64,000 bases of DNA, taken from Vulcanimicrobiota bacterium (GTDB lineage Bacteria; Vulcanimicrobiota; Vulcanimicrobiia; Eremiobacterales; Eremiobacteraceae). Location: the NCBI GenBank assembly GCA_963805945.1, contig CAWDVP010000006.1, positions 320,001 to 384,000 of the forward strand, in the 5' to 3' direction. Shown piece by piece: positions 21,307 to 30,521 of the stretch. Below the pieces are notes generated by a model. That model saw only the letters and a program-made list of their open reading frames with translations. It did no database searches and was not told where the DNA came from. Every line of letters begins with the position of its first letter. Position 1 is the first letter of the stretch. A program made the translations under genes and the position numbers.

Positions 21307-22580
21307 ATGTGTGGCGCGCGAGCGGGAAGCGGCGCGTTGTCGCGCACGATGATCTGCGAGCGTTCCGGTCCCACCGATATATACGCCACCGGCACGCCGA
21401 CGGCTCGCTCGAGCGCGGCGATGTATGCCTGCGCATGCGCTGGCAGCTCGCCGAACGTGCGCGCGCCGGTGGTGGATTCGCTCCAACCGGCGAAACGTTT
21501 GTAGACCGGCTTGGGGTTGGCGTCGACGATGAACGGCAGCGAGCCGACGGCGCTCGTCTCGTACGCATCGCACATGGCGATCTCATCGAATCCATCGAGG
21601 ATGTCGAGCTTCGTGATCGCGAGATGCGAGAGGCCATTGATCTCGGCGGCATAGCGCAGTGCGACCGCGTCGAGCCAGCCGCAACGCCGCGCGCGGCCGG
21701 TGACCGTGCCGAACTCCGCGCCGCGTTCGCGCAGCCGCTCGCCGGTCGCGTCGTGAAGCTCGGTCGGGAAGGGGCCCGCTCCCACGCGCGTCGAGTAGGC
21801 CTTGACGACGCCGATGACGTGATCGACCGCCGTCGGTCCGAAGCCGAGTCCGGCCCCGGCGCCACCTGCCACCGTGACCGACGACGTCACATAGGGATAC
21901 ATGCCGAAGGTGACGTCCAGCAGGCTGCCTTGGGCGCCTTCGGCGATCACCTGCTTGCCCGCGCGAAGCGCGTCGTTGAGAAGGCTGACGGTGTCGCGCA
22001 CGTGCGGCAGGATCGTCTTCGCCTGGAGCTCGAGGTCGCCGACGATCGCAGCCGCATCGGCGTGGATGCCCTCCCGGATCAGTTGCCCGCACCGTTGCGT
22101 GATGTGGTCCCGGCACTTGCGCATGTCGCGCAAGTCGCCCGCGCGCAGACCGCGGCGCGCGGCGCGGTCGACGTAGGATGGTCCGATGCCATTCCCGGTG
22201 GTGCCGATGGCGGCCGCGCCGCGTGCCCGCTCCGCCGCCTTGTCCTGCTCGATATGATATGGAAGGATGAGATGCGCGAGATCGGAGAGCCAGATACGCG
22301 AGACGTCGACGTCCGCTGCGGTGAGCGCGCGCAGCTCCTCGACGAATTGTCCGGGTGAGACGGCGGTGCCCGGCCCTATGATGCAATGGTTCACGCCCGC
22401 CAGCACCCCGCTCGGCACGATGCGCAGCTTATAGGTCGTGTCGCCGACGCGCACCGTGTGGCCGGCGTTCGCGCCACCGCCGAACCTGGCGACGATCTCG
22501 GCGCCGGACGCCAAATAGTCGACGATGCGGCCCTTGCCTTCATCACCCCATTGGACGCCGACGACAAGGGTCACCGCCAT
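21303..22580 (-). CDS. purA: Adenylosuccinate synthetase
   Basis: QWGDEGKG, GGANAGHT, EGAQG, YPYVTSS, EFGTVTGRARRCGWLD. Confidence 0.97.
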   Translation of the reverse strand: MAVTLVVGVQWGDEGKGRIVDYLASGAEIVARFGGGANAGHTVRVGDTTYKLRIVPSGVLAGVNHCIIGPGTAVSPGQFVEELRALTAADVDVSRIWLSDLAHLILPYHIEQDKAAERARGAAAIGTTGNGIGPSYVDRAARRGLRAGDLRDMRKCRDHITQRCGQLIREGIHADAAAIVGDLELQAKTILPHVRDTVSLLNDALRAGKQVIAEGAQGSLLDVTFGMYPYVTSSVTVAGGAGAGLGFGPTAVDHVIGVVKAYSTRVGAGPFPTELHDATGERLRERGAEFGTVTGRARRCGWLDAVALRYAAEINGLSHLAITKLDILDGFDEIAMCDAYETSAVGSLPFIVDANPKPVYKRFAGWSESTTGARTFGELPAHAQAYIAALERAVGVPVAYISVGPERSQIIVRDNAPLPARAPHI

Positions 22581-22598
22581 GGAGGACCTCCGGAACGA

Positions 22599-22622
22599 GC
22601 CGACCTGAAGGTCGGCCCCTAC
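22599..22622 (-). repeat. REP-like palindrome family B
   Basis: GTAGGGGCCGACCTTCAGGTCGGC; its TAG is the stop codon of the GH125 gene. Confidence 0.75.
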
Positions 22623-23953
22623 ATACCGCTTGCGAGCGCGGGGACGGGCAGGGGCGACGATCCCATCACCCGGTCGAGCACCAATTCCGAGAACAGCGCG
22701 CACGGCCAACCGAAGTTCGAGCGCGTGAATTTGCTGGGGTCGTTCGGATCGAAGGATTCGTGCAGCAGGTGGTCGCCCGTATCCGACGCCTGCAGCTGGC
22801 CGAGCATCGCCTCGACCTCGTTCGGATCGCTCGCGGTGAGCCCTTCCATGACGAGCGCGAGCGGCCAGACATAGCCGTGCGGCGTGTGCGGGCTGCCGAT
22901 GCCGCGCGCGTACTTGCCCGCGAAATAGTACGGGTTGTCGGGCGAGAGCACGAAGCGCCGCGTGTTGGTGTAGATGCCGGAGTTCGCGGATGCGAAGCCC
23001 ATGTACGGGATCGACAGCAGACTGGGGATGTTCGCGTCGTCCATCAGGACGCTGTGCCCGAGGCCGTCCACCTCGTACGCGTAGATGTAGCCGTATTTCG
23101 CGGTGTAGACGATGCCGTACTTGTTGATGCCGTCGACGATGCCGGCGCGCAGCTGTTCGACCTCGTCGTGCTTGAGGCCGTCGCGCCACACCTGCGCCTC
23201 GATGTCGCGCAGCTCTCCCAGCACGACCGCGGCGAACATCTCTTCGGGGATGTTATAGCCGTAGGTCGCCGGATCGTCGCTGGGCCGGAACGCCGTCCAC
23301 ACCATCCCGGTGACCGCCACGGGCGCGCCCGCGCCGTTGTTGACGAGTTCGCGGTGGCGGTAGGTCGAGTAGCTGTGGTCGCGCTCAAGCTGCATGAGGC
23401 CGAACGCCTTCTCGAACGCCGCCTTCACCTCCGGGGTGAACACCGACGCGTCGTGCGTCTGCTTCCAGTACATCCATGCGAGTTGGATCGGATAGAGCAG
23501 CGAGTCGAGCTCGTACTTCTCCTCGGCGACCTTGTAATCGCGGTTGAACGCGTTCGCATACGGATCGAGCAGCATGTTCTTGGCTTCACGCGCGATGACG
23601 CCGCGCAGCATGTTGCGCACCTCGCCGTCGCCCGCGAAATAGAGGTACGGCCTCACCTGTGCGCTCGCGTCGCGCAGCCACATCGCGCCGATGTCGCCCG
23701 TGATGACGTAAGTGGTGTTGTCCTCTTCGAACGACACGTCGTTGCGCATGGTGGACAGCAAGCACTGGCTGTACAGCTGGCCGGTGTCGATCGTGCCGCC
23801 ATGGTACTCGGCAGCGGCGGCGGAAATAGCTCGCAGCTCGGTCGCGCGGGCCGCGGAGACCGAAGCGAGCACAAAAATGACCCCGGCGAGTGCCGTGGCC
23901 CATATGAACCGGCTGCGGACCAAATCCATCTGGTTCCGGGCGCTCCTCACCAA
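22619..23953 (-). CDS. Glycoside hydrolase family 125 (exo-alpha-1,6-mannosidase-like), secreted
   Basis: ITGDIGAMWLRD, EKYELDSL, FRPSDD, YEVDG, MDDANIPSLL, GIGSPHT, LHESF. Confidence 0.9.
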   Translation of the reverse strand: MVRSARNQMDLVRSRFIWATALAGVIFVLASVSAARATELRAISAAAAEYHGGTIDTGQLYSQCLLSTMRNDVSFEEDNTTYVITGDIGAMWLRDASAQVRPYLYFAGDGEVRNMLRGVIAREAKNMLLDPYANAFNRDYKVAEEKYELDSLLYPIQLAWMYWKQTHDASVFTPEVKAAFEKAFGLMQLERDHSYSTYRHRELVNNGAGAPVAVTGMVWTAFRPSDDPATYGYNIPEEMFAAVVLGELRDIEAQVWRDGLKHDEVEQLRAGIVDGINKYGIVYTAKYGYIYAYEVDGLGHSVLMDDANIPSLLSIPYMGFASANSGIYTNTRRFVLSPDNPYYFAGKYARGIGSPHTPHGYVWPLALVMEGLTASDPNEVEAMLGQLQASDTGDHLLHESFDPNDPSKFTRSNFGWPCALFSELVLDRVMGSSPLPVPALASGM

Positions 23954-24031
23954 ATCACCGCTTCAACCCCCAAGTCCTCTCGAACGTTCGCAGGTGAGCG
24001 ACATGAAATCCTTCGGTGAGCCGCATCTCTT

Positions 24032-25245
24032 CTATTGTGTGACGCCTGCGGGCAAGCGGATCTCGACGCGCGCACCGCGACGACGCGCGCGCCGGACGGT
24101 CAGCAGCCCGCCATGCGCCTCCACCAGCAGGCGTGCGATGGACAGACCGAGTCCGGCCCTGCCATCCGCTTCGCTCGCGAAGGCTTCGCCGGCCGCGCGT
24201 GCGGCGACGGCCGAGAATCCCGGCCCCTCGTCCTCGACGACCAGCGTGGCGCGAGAGGTCGTCGCGCCGATCGCGATGCTCACCCGCCCGCCGGCCGGCG
24301 AGTGCCGGACCGCGTTGTCCAGCAGGTTGATCAGGACTTGTTCGAAGCGCTCGCGATCGACCTCGGCGCGCCCACGGCCGCGCAGCGCGAGCCGGACGCG
24401 ACCGGCGGCCGCGCGGGGCGCGATGGCGGACCACGCGCGCCCCGCCAGCTCGCGCAGCTCGACCGGCTGCCGCTCAAGCCTGAGCTTGCCGGCGGTCCAC
24501 GCGCCCACGTCTATCAGGCTTTCGACGAGGCGATGCAGGCGTCGGCCTTCATCGGCGACGATGCCGTAGTAGCGGCTGCGCTGCTCCGCCGTCAGTCCCC
24601 GATCGTCACGCAGCCGTTCGGCGTATCCGACGATCGCGGTGAGCGGGGTGCGCAATTCGTGCGTCACCGACGCCAGCACGGCCGCTCGCGCGGCCTCGAC
24701 GCGCGCGACGACGGCGGCTCCCCGTACGGCTTGCCGCAATTCCTCGAGCGGCCTCTCAAGCGATACCGGATCCAACACCGTCCAACCGCAGATCACGCCG
24801 ACCTCGCGGGATATCGCTCCGCCGCGCGCCATCGAGCGCAGCCGCTCTCGGACGGCCGCTTGCAGACGGCCGGCCACAAGACCGAGGTCCGCGTCGTTGA
24901 CGCTCGCGCTCGCGCGCGCGGCGACCGATCTCCCCGCGAGCAGGGCGACAAACCAATGCGCGCGCGGGCCCGCTGCGACGACATCGCTGCCGCGCAGCAC
25001 CGTGCCGACGCTTGCGCGCAGCGCCGCCGCCACTTCGCGCTTGCACGTGACAAGCACGCCAGCGCGACGGGCCGGGGCGACCCGATCGACCCCGATCAGT
25101 TCGAGGTAGAGCAGCGGAGCCGAACGGTCGGCCCGGGCGAGCCGCAGCAGCGCCGGCGTCAGCGAACGCAGCTCGGCGATGCGCGCGACGGCATCGCGCC
25201 GGTCTGCGCCCGCACGGCGTCGTGCGGGCGGAGCCGCGCTGCGCT
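24032..25245 (-). CDS. Soluble sensor histidine kinase with N-terminal degenerate GGDEF-like domain (start uncertain)
   Basis: HELRTPL, NLLDNA, DEGPG, GLGL; no TM segment; no clean start codon near 25245. Confidence 0.8.
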
Positions 25246-25964
25246 CAGACCGGCGACTTGAGTTTGTAGCCAAGCCCGTGCACGGTGTAGAGGTAGCGCG
25301 GCGCGGCGGCATCGTCCCCGAGCGCCCGGCGCAATCGGCGCACGTGCACGTCGACGGTGCGCGGATCTCCCTCGTAGTCGAATCCCCAGATGGTCTCGAT
25401 GAGCTGGTCGCGCGTGAACACGCGGCCCTCGTTGCGCGCGAGCAGGTACAGAAGATCGAATTCGCGCGGTTTGAGCTCGACGGCGGCACCCGCCAGCGTG
25501 ACCTCGCGACGTTCCGCGTCTACGATGAGCTGCCCGACGCTGCAGCATCTGCCGCTGTGCGGCGGCGACTGCCCGCTGCGGCGCATGACCGCGCGCACGC
25601 GCGCGGCGAGCTCGCGCGGTGAGAACGGTTTGGCGAGATAGTCGTCAGCGCCGAGTTCCAGGCCGACGATGCGATCCACCTCCGCGCCGCGAGCCGAGAG
25701 CACCACGATCGGCACCTGCGATTCCTTGCGCAGCGCACGGCACACCTCGAGCCCGTCCAGGCCGGGCAGGCCGATGTCGAGCACGACGATGTCCGGCGCG
25801 TGCTCCCTGGCCCGGCGCAGGGCGGCGACGCCGTCGACCGCCACGCTCACGTCGAAGCCCTCCGCCGCGAGCGTATCCTTTAGAAGGGCGGCGATGTGCG
25901 GCTCGTCGTCCACGACGAGCGCATGGCGGCGCACTGGGGTCTCCGCGGCGGTATGTGGCGTCAT
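25245..25964 (-). CDS. OmpR/PhoB-family response regulator
   Basis: LVVDDE, LDIGLP, GADDYLAKPF, RTVDVHVRRLR, TVHGLGY. Confidence 0.93.
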   Translation of the reverse strand: MTPHTAAETPVRRHALVVDDEPHIAALLKDTLAAEGFDVSVAVDGVAALRRAREHAPDIVVLDIGLPGLDGLEVCRALRKESQVPIVVLSARGAEVDRIVGLELGADDYLAKPFSPRELAARVRAVMRRSGQSPPHSGRCCSVGQLIVDAERREVTLAGAAVELKPREFDLLYLLARNEGRVFTRDQLIETIWGFDYEGDPRTVDVHVRRLRRALGDDAAAPRYLYTVHGLGYKLKSPV

Positions 25965-26785
25965 TTTTCGAGGAACCCGACGGAGGCCATGAGCGGGCCG
26001 CCTTGGCCGTTGCGCCGATATGAGTGCAGCAGCCCCTCGTTGCAGCGCGTGCACGCCGTGGCGATATGGATCGAGCGTTGCGGCACGCCGGCGTCACGCA
26101 GCAGCGCGAACAGCACCGCGCCGAGGTCTAGCGACACCGAGTCGTCGCGCTGCCGCGGCGCCTTGAGCACATCCGGCAGGTCGATCGCCCCCTCGATCTT
26201 GACGAAATGCGCGGCGACTTCCGGGCCGACCTCGAAGCAGCACCGTCCGAGGTGCGGTCCGACCACCGCGACGAAGGCGGCCGGGTCGCCACCCTGATCC
26301 TCGAGCGCCTTCGCCGCAGCGCCGACGATGCCGGCGGCGGCGCCGCGCCAGCCCACGTGCACGAGCGCGAAGCAGCCGTTCTCCGGATCGACGAGCCAGA
26401 GCGGCGCGCAATCGGCGGTGCGCACGATGAGCAGGTCGGCGTTGGACGCGGTCCATACGCCGTCCGCCTCGGGCAGATCCGGGCGGTCGAATGAATTCGA
26501 CCGCTCCATATCCTGCGCGGGAAGAATGATCGCGCCGTGCACTTGCGCGATGCTGCGCAGAATCCGCCCATCGTTCCAGCCATGAGCGGTCGTCCAGCGC
26601 AGCGCGTCCGCGTCAAGGCGCGCATCGATCTCCACCGGGCTGCAGAAGCCGAGGACGCCCGTGTCCACAAGCGCGGTCGCGACGATGAGCGATCCGCCTG
26701 CCGGCGCCTTATGGAGCTCGAAGCCGCCGCCCAGATCCTCGTAGTTCCAAGGATCCGGTACGTCGGCGCCTATCCTGAACTTCAT
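25961..26785 (-). CDS. pgeF: YfiH/PgeF family protein
   Basis: QVHG, TADCAP, HVGWRG, GPHLGRCCFEVG, CTRC, SYRR. Confidence 0.88.
   Translation of the reverse strand: MKFRIGADVPDPWNYEDLGGGFELHKAPAGGSLIVATALVDTGVLGFCSPVEIDARLDADALRWTTAHGWNDGRILRSIAQVHGAIILPAQDMERSNSFDRPDLPEADGVWTASNADLLIVRTADCAPLWLVDPENGCFALVHVGWRGAAAGIVGAAAKALEDQGGDPAAFVAVVGPHLGRCCFEVGPEVAAHFVKIEGAIDLPDVLKAPRQRDDSVSLDLGAVLFALLRDAGVPQRSIHIATACTRCNEGLLHSYRRNGQGGPLMASVGFLEK
26483..26507 (-). repeat. REP-like palindrome family A, in-frame inside pgeF
   Basis: GGAGCGGTCGAATTCATTCGACCGC; read as (M)ERSNSFDR. Confidence 0.8.
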
Positions 26786-27282
26786 TCGAGCGCCTCGAAC
26801 TGCGGGATCGGGCCGCGCGTGCGCGCGCGGTTGCGCAACGCCTTGTGGATCTCCGGCGCGGTGAAGCCCTGGCGCTCGAGCCTGCGGCCGAGCTGTTCGT
26901 AGCCGTCCTGCGGCCGCATCGCCTCGAGCTTGGCGAGCGCGCGGTCGATGCGTTCCTCTTCGTCCTGCGAGAACTCATCGAGGATCTCGCGCGCGAGATC
27001 GCCGTCGACGCCCTGACGCAGCAAGTCGTGGAGCAGGCGCATGCGACCCACCGGCTTGCGATCGAGAATGCTCTTGACGTAGAGCTGCGCGAAGGTGCGA
27101 TCGTCGAGGTAGCGGCGCTGCTGGCACACCGCAAGCGCCTCTTCTATGGAGATCGGCTCGTAGCCGCGGTCGCGCAGCTTCTGCGCGAGCTGCGCGGTGG
27201 TCAGCCGTTTGCCCGACAACAGCCGCACCGCGGCTTTGAACGCCGGGCCGGAAGCCTCGCCTGCGTCCGCGGGCTCGGCCAT
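26782..27282 (-). CDS. recX: Regulatory protein RecX
   Basis: Downstream of recA; LAQKL..RGY, YLDDRTFA, GRMRL, LERQGF. Confidence 0.85.
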   Translation of the reverse strand: MAEPADAGEASGPAFKAAVRLLSGKRLTTAQLAQKLRDRGYEPISIEEALAVCQQRRYLDDRTFAQLYVKSILDRKPVGRMRLLHDLLRQGVDGDLAREILDEFSQDEEERIDRALAKLEAMRPQDGYEQLGRRLERQGFTAPEIHKALRNRARTRGPIPQFEALE

Positions 27283-27289
27283 GAGAGCG

Positions 27290-28333
27290 CTATTTCTCGA
27301 CGACGGCGTAGCGCACGGAAGCGCCGTTGTCCACCGCGCTCGGCGAGCCTTTCTCGATGAGCGCGCGGATCTTGCCCTCGAGCTCGTCCGCGAGCTCCGG
27401 ATGTTCCTCGAGATAGGCCTTGGCGTTCTCGCGACCCTGGCCGATGCGGGTCTCGCCATACGTATACCACGAGCCGGTCTTGCCGATGATGTTGTGCTCC
27501 AGGCCGACGTCGACGAGCGAGCCCGTGCGGCTGATGCCCTTGCCGTAGGTGATGTCGAACTCGGCCACCTTGAACGGCGGCGCGACCTTGTTCTTGACCA
27601 CCTTGACGCGCGTGCGCGAACCCACGACGTCGGTGCCGACTTTGATCGTCTCGATCTTGCGGATGTCGAGCCGCACCGAGGAGTAGAACTTCAGCGCGCG
27701 GCCGCCGGTGGTGGTCTCCGGACTGCCGAACATGACGCCGATCTTCTCGCGGATCTGGTTGATGAACACCATCGTCGTCTTCGATTTGCTGATCGCGGCG
27801 GTGAGCTTGCGCAGCGCCTGGCACATGAGCCGAGCATGCAGGCCGACGTGCGAATCGCCCATGTCGCCTTCGATCTCGGCTTTGGGCACGAGCGCCGCGA
27901 CGGAGTCGATGACGACGATGTCGACCGCGTTGGAACGGATGAGCGACTCAGCGATATCGAGCGCCTGCTCGCCGGTGTCGGGCTGAGACACGAGCAGCTC
28001 GTCGAGATCCACGCCCAGAGTCGTGCGCATACGCGGGGTCGAGCGCGTGCTCGACGTCGATGAATGCGGCGATGCCGCCTTTCTTTTGGGCCTCGGCGAT
28101 GCAGTGGAGCGTCAGCGTCGTCTTGCCCGACGACTCCGGCCCGTAGATCTCGACTACTCTGCCACGCGGCAGGCCGCCGACGCCTAGGGCGACGTCGAGC
28201 GAGATGCGAGCCGGAGGGGATGACCTCGATCTGCATGGCGCCGCGGGCTCCCGAGCTTCATGATCGAGCCCTGGCCGAACTGCCGCTCGATCTGGGCGAG
28301 AGCGTTTTCCAGGGCCTTGTCTTTTTCGGACAC
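27290..28333 (-). CDS. recA: Recombinase RecA (three apparent +1 insertions near 28025, 28206, 28245)
   Basis: GTG start with [63 protein letters not shown]. Confidence 0.95.
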
Positions 28334-28343
28334 GTATTTCTCC

Positions 28344-29249
28344 TTAGAAGAGAGCGTCGACGTACGACGCCGGGTCGAACGCCTTCAATTGGTCCACTTG
28401 CTCTCCGAACCCGACATACTTCACCGGCAGGTCTGCCTGATCCATGATCGCCACGATTATCCCGCCCTTTGCCGTCCCGTCTAGTTTCGTGAGGACGACG
28501 CCAGTCACTTCCGTCGCCTCATGGAACAGCTGGGCCTGCGAGAGCGCGTTCTGGCCGGTGGTCGCGTCGAGCACCAGCAAGGTTTCGTGCGGCGCGCCGG
28601 GCACCTCGCGCGCGATGACGCGGCCGATCTTCTTCAGCTCTTCCATGAGGTTGTGTTTGGTCTGGAGCCGTCCCGCGGTGTCGATCAAGACGAGGTCGGT
28701 GCCGCGCGCTTTGGCAGCCGCCAGTCCGTCGAACACGACCGCGGCGGGGTCCGCGCCGTCGGCGTGACGGACGATGTCGGCCCCTGTCCGCTTGGCCCAG
28801 ATGTCGAGCTGTTCGCCCGCAGCGGCTCTGAAGGTGTCGGCCGCGACGAGCAGGACGCTGCGGCCCTTGCCGCGCGCTTGGGCGGCGAGTTTGCCGGCGG
28901 TGGTGGTCTTCCCCGAACCATTGACCCCGACCACGAGGACCACGTGCGGCTTGGTGAGCGCAGGTACAGGGGCCAGCTTGGGATGGGTCAGATACTCGGC
29001 GACATCGGACCGGAACAGGGCGATGATGTCGCCGGCGGTGCGCAGATCCTGCTGCTGGGCTGCGAGTTTGAGGTCCGCGATGATCTTGCTGGTCGTGGCG
29101 ACCCCGAAGTCGCAGGAGATAAGCGTCTCTTCGAACTCGTCCCAGAAGCGGTCGTCCACCTGCTGGCGCCCGACCAGCGCGTTCCAGTGTCCGGCGAGGC
29201 TGGTGCGCGTCTTCGCGAGGGCGTCGCGAAGCGACGAAAGCATGCGCAT
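28344..29249 (-). CDS. ftsY: SRP receptor FtsY (NG domains only)
   Basis: GVNGSGKTTT, DTFRAAA, DTAGRLQ, TKLDGTAKGG. Confidence 0.95.
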   Translation of the reverse strand: MRMLSSLRDALAKTRTSLAGHWNALVGRQQVDDRFWDEFEETLISCDFGVATTSKIIADLKLAAQQQDLRTAGDIIALFRSDVAEYLTHPKLAPVPALTKPHVVLVVGVNGSGKTTTAGKLAAQARGKGRSVLLVAADTFRAAAGEQLDIWAKRTGADIVRHADGADPAAVVFDGLAAAKARGTDLVLIDTAGRLQTKHNLMEELKKIGRVIAREVPGAPHETLLVLDATTGQNALSQAQLFHEATEVTGVVLTKLDGTAKGGIIVAIMDQADLPVKYVGFGEQVDQLKAFDPASYVDALF

Positions 29250-29314
29250 AGCGCCTTCATTCGACGTCGGTCGGGACGGTCATTGTGGATAAGTACGAGC
29301 GGAGAGGGAACGGA

Positions 29315-30142
29315 TCAGGAGGCTTGCGGGACCTGCGGTTTCTTGCGCACGTATTTCTGGCGGATGGTCGGATCGCCCTCACGATAGCCCAAGTCCAGGT
29401 GCAGCGTCTTCAACTTGGAGCGCAAGCGGATGACCGCTTGAGCGTGGATCTGCGAGACGCGTGATTCTGAGACGTTGAGCACGCTCTTGATGTCCTTGAG
29501 CGTCAGTCCTTCGAAGTAATAGAGCGAGATGACGGTACGTTCTTGCGGCGGCAGCGAATCGACGGCGGTCGCCAGCGAATCCTTGACCTCGGCCGACTCG
29601 ACCTGGTGGGTCGGACCCGGGCCGCTGTCTTTGAGACTGTCGAGCAGGGAGATGTCGCGGCCCTTCTCGTTGGGCAGGAACTCCTCGAGCGACAGGATCG
29701 AGGTGCCGCGGATCTTGAGCAGCAGCGTGTGGTACTCGTCGCGCGTCAGCCCTAAGGATTTGGAGACCTCGTCGTCGTCGGGCGCGCGGCCGAGCTGGCC
29801 CTCGAGCGACGCGAACGCGCGCTCCAGCTCTCTGGCCTTTTGGCGGACCGCACGCGGCACCCAGTCCATCGCGCGCAGCGCGTCGAGGATGGCGCCGCTG
29901 ATGCGTGTCGTCGCGTAGGTCTCGAACTTCACCCCGCGCGAGTCGTCGTACTTGCTCATGGCGTCGATGAGCCCGAGCACGCCCTCGTTGATGAGATCGT
30001 TGATCTCGACGTGCGAAGGCAGGTTCACCGATATCTTGCCGGCGACGTACTTCACGAGGGGCAGGTATTTGTGGACGATCTCCTCGCGGCTCAGATTGTG
30101 GCCCGCGATGGAGTAGGTCCGGCCGCGCGCGCGGAAGATCAA
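29315..30142 (-). CDS. FliA/WhiG-family (sigma28) RNA polymerase sigma factor
   Basis: YLPLVKYVA, GVKFETYA, ILDALRAMDWVPR, LNVSESRVSQIH. Confidence 0.92.
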   Translation of the reverse strand: MIFRARGRTYSIAGHNLSREEIVHKYLPLVKYVAGKISVNLPSHVEINDLINEGVLGLIDAMSKYDDSRGVKFETYATTRISGAILDALRAMDWVPRAVRQKARELERAFASLEGQLGRAPDDDEVSKSLGLTRDEYHTLLLKIRGTSILSLEEFLPNEKGRDISLLDSLKDSGPGPTHQVESAEVKDSLATAVDSLPPQERTVISLYYFEGLTLKDIKSVLNVSESRVSQIHAQAVIRLRSKLKTLHLDLGYREGDPTIRQKYVRKKPQVPQAS

Positions 30143-30375
30143 TGTTTGACCCTCGTGCGCGGCGTGTGGCCGTTGCCGGCCAACATCTGGTCGAGCGCCT
30201 CGCGCCGGAAGCGGTACTGGCCGCCGGGCGTCTTGATCGCTTCGACCAGGCCCTCGCGCGCCCAGCGCCGGATCGCCGCGTCGGTCATGTTCAGCTCGCG
30301 CGCGACCTCACCGGAGGTCATCCAGTCCTTCGCTCGGTTCTTGTGGCGCGCCGTTGCGCGTCGTTCCTCGACCAT
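30139..30375 (-). CDS. BldC/excisionase-like MerR-type HTH DNA-binding protein
   Basis: WMTSGEVARELNM...IRRWAREG...IKTPGGQYRFRR; TTGA overlap with the sigma gene. Confidence 0.8.
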   Translation of the reverse strand: MVEERRATARHKNRAKDWMTSGEVARELNMTDAAIRRWAREGLVEAIKTPGGQYRFRREALDQMLAGNGHTPRTRVKH

Positions 30376-30521
30376 GCGCGAACGTTCTCTCCGTCAGACG
30401 CCGAAACCGCACACGGACAATAGGGAATCGTGCGGACCCCAGGCGGGGTCGGCTCGGTTCACGTTTTTTCGCTTTTATCCCTTTTTTACGAGCTGACCGC
30501 TATTACGCTTATTTCCAACAG

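Noticed and set aside
12321..28333. mutS2, gatA and recA as true pseudogenes
   Set aside because: Motifs are otherwise intact, partners are intact, and single-base fixes restore full ORFs.
30139..30375. Prophage or ICE excisionase
   Set aside because: No integrase, att sites or phage genes nearby; it is coupled to a sigma factor.
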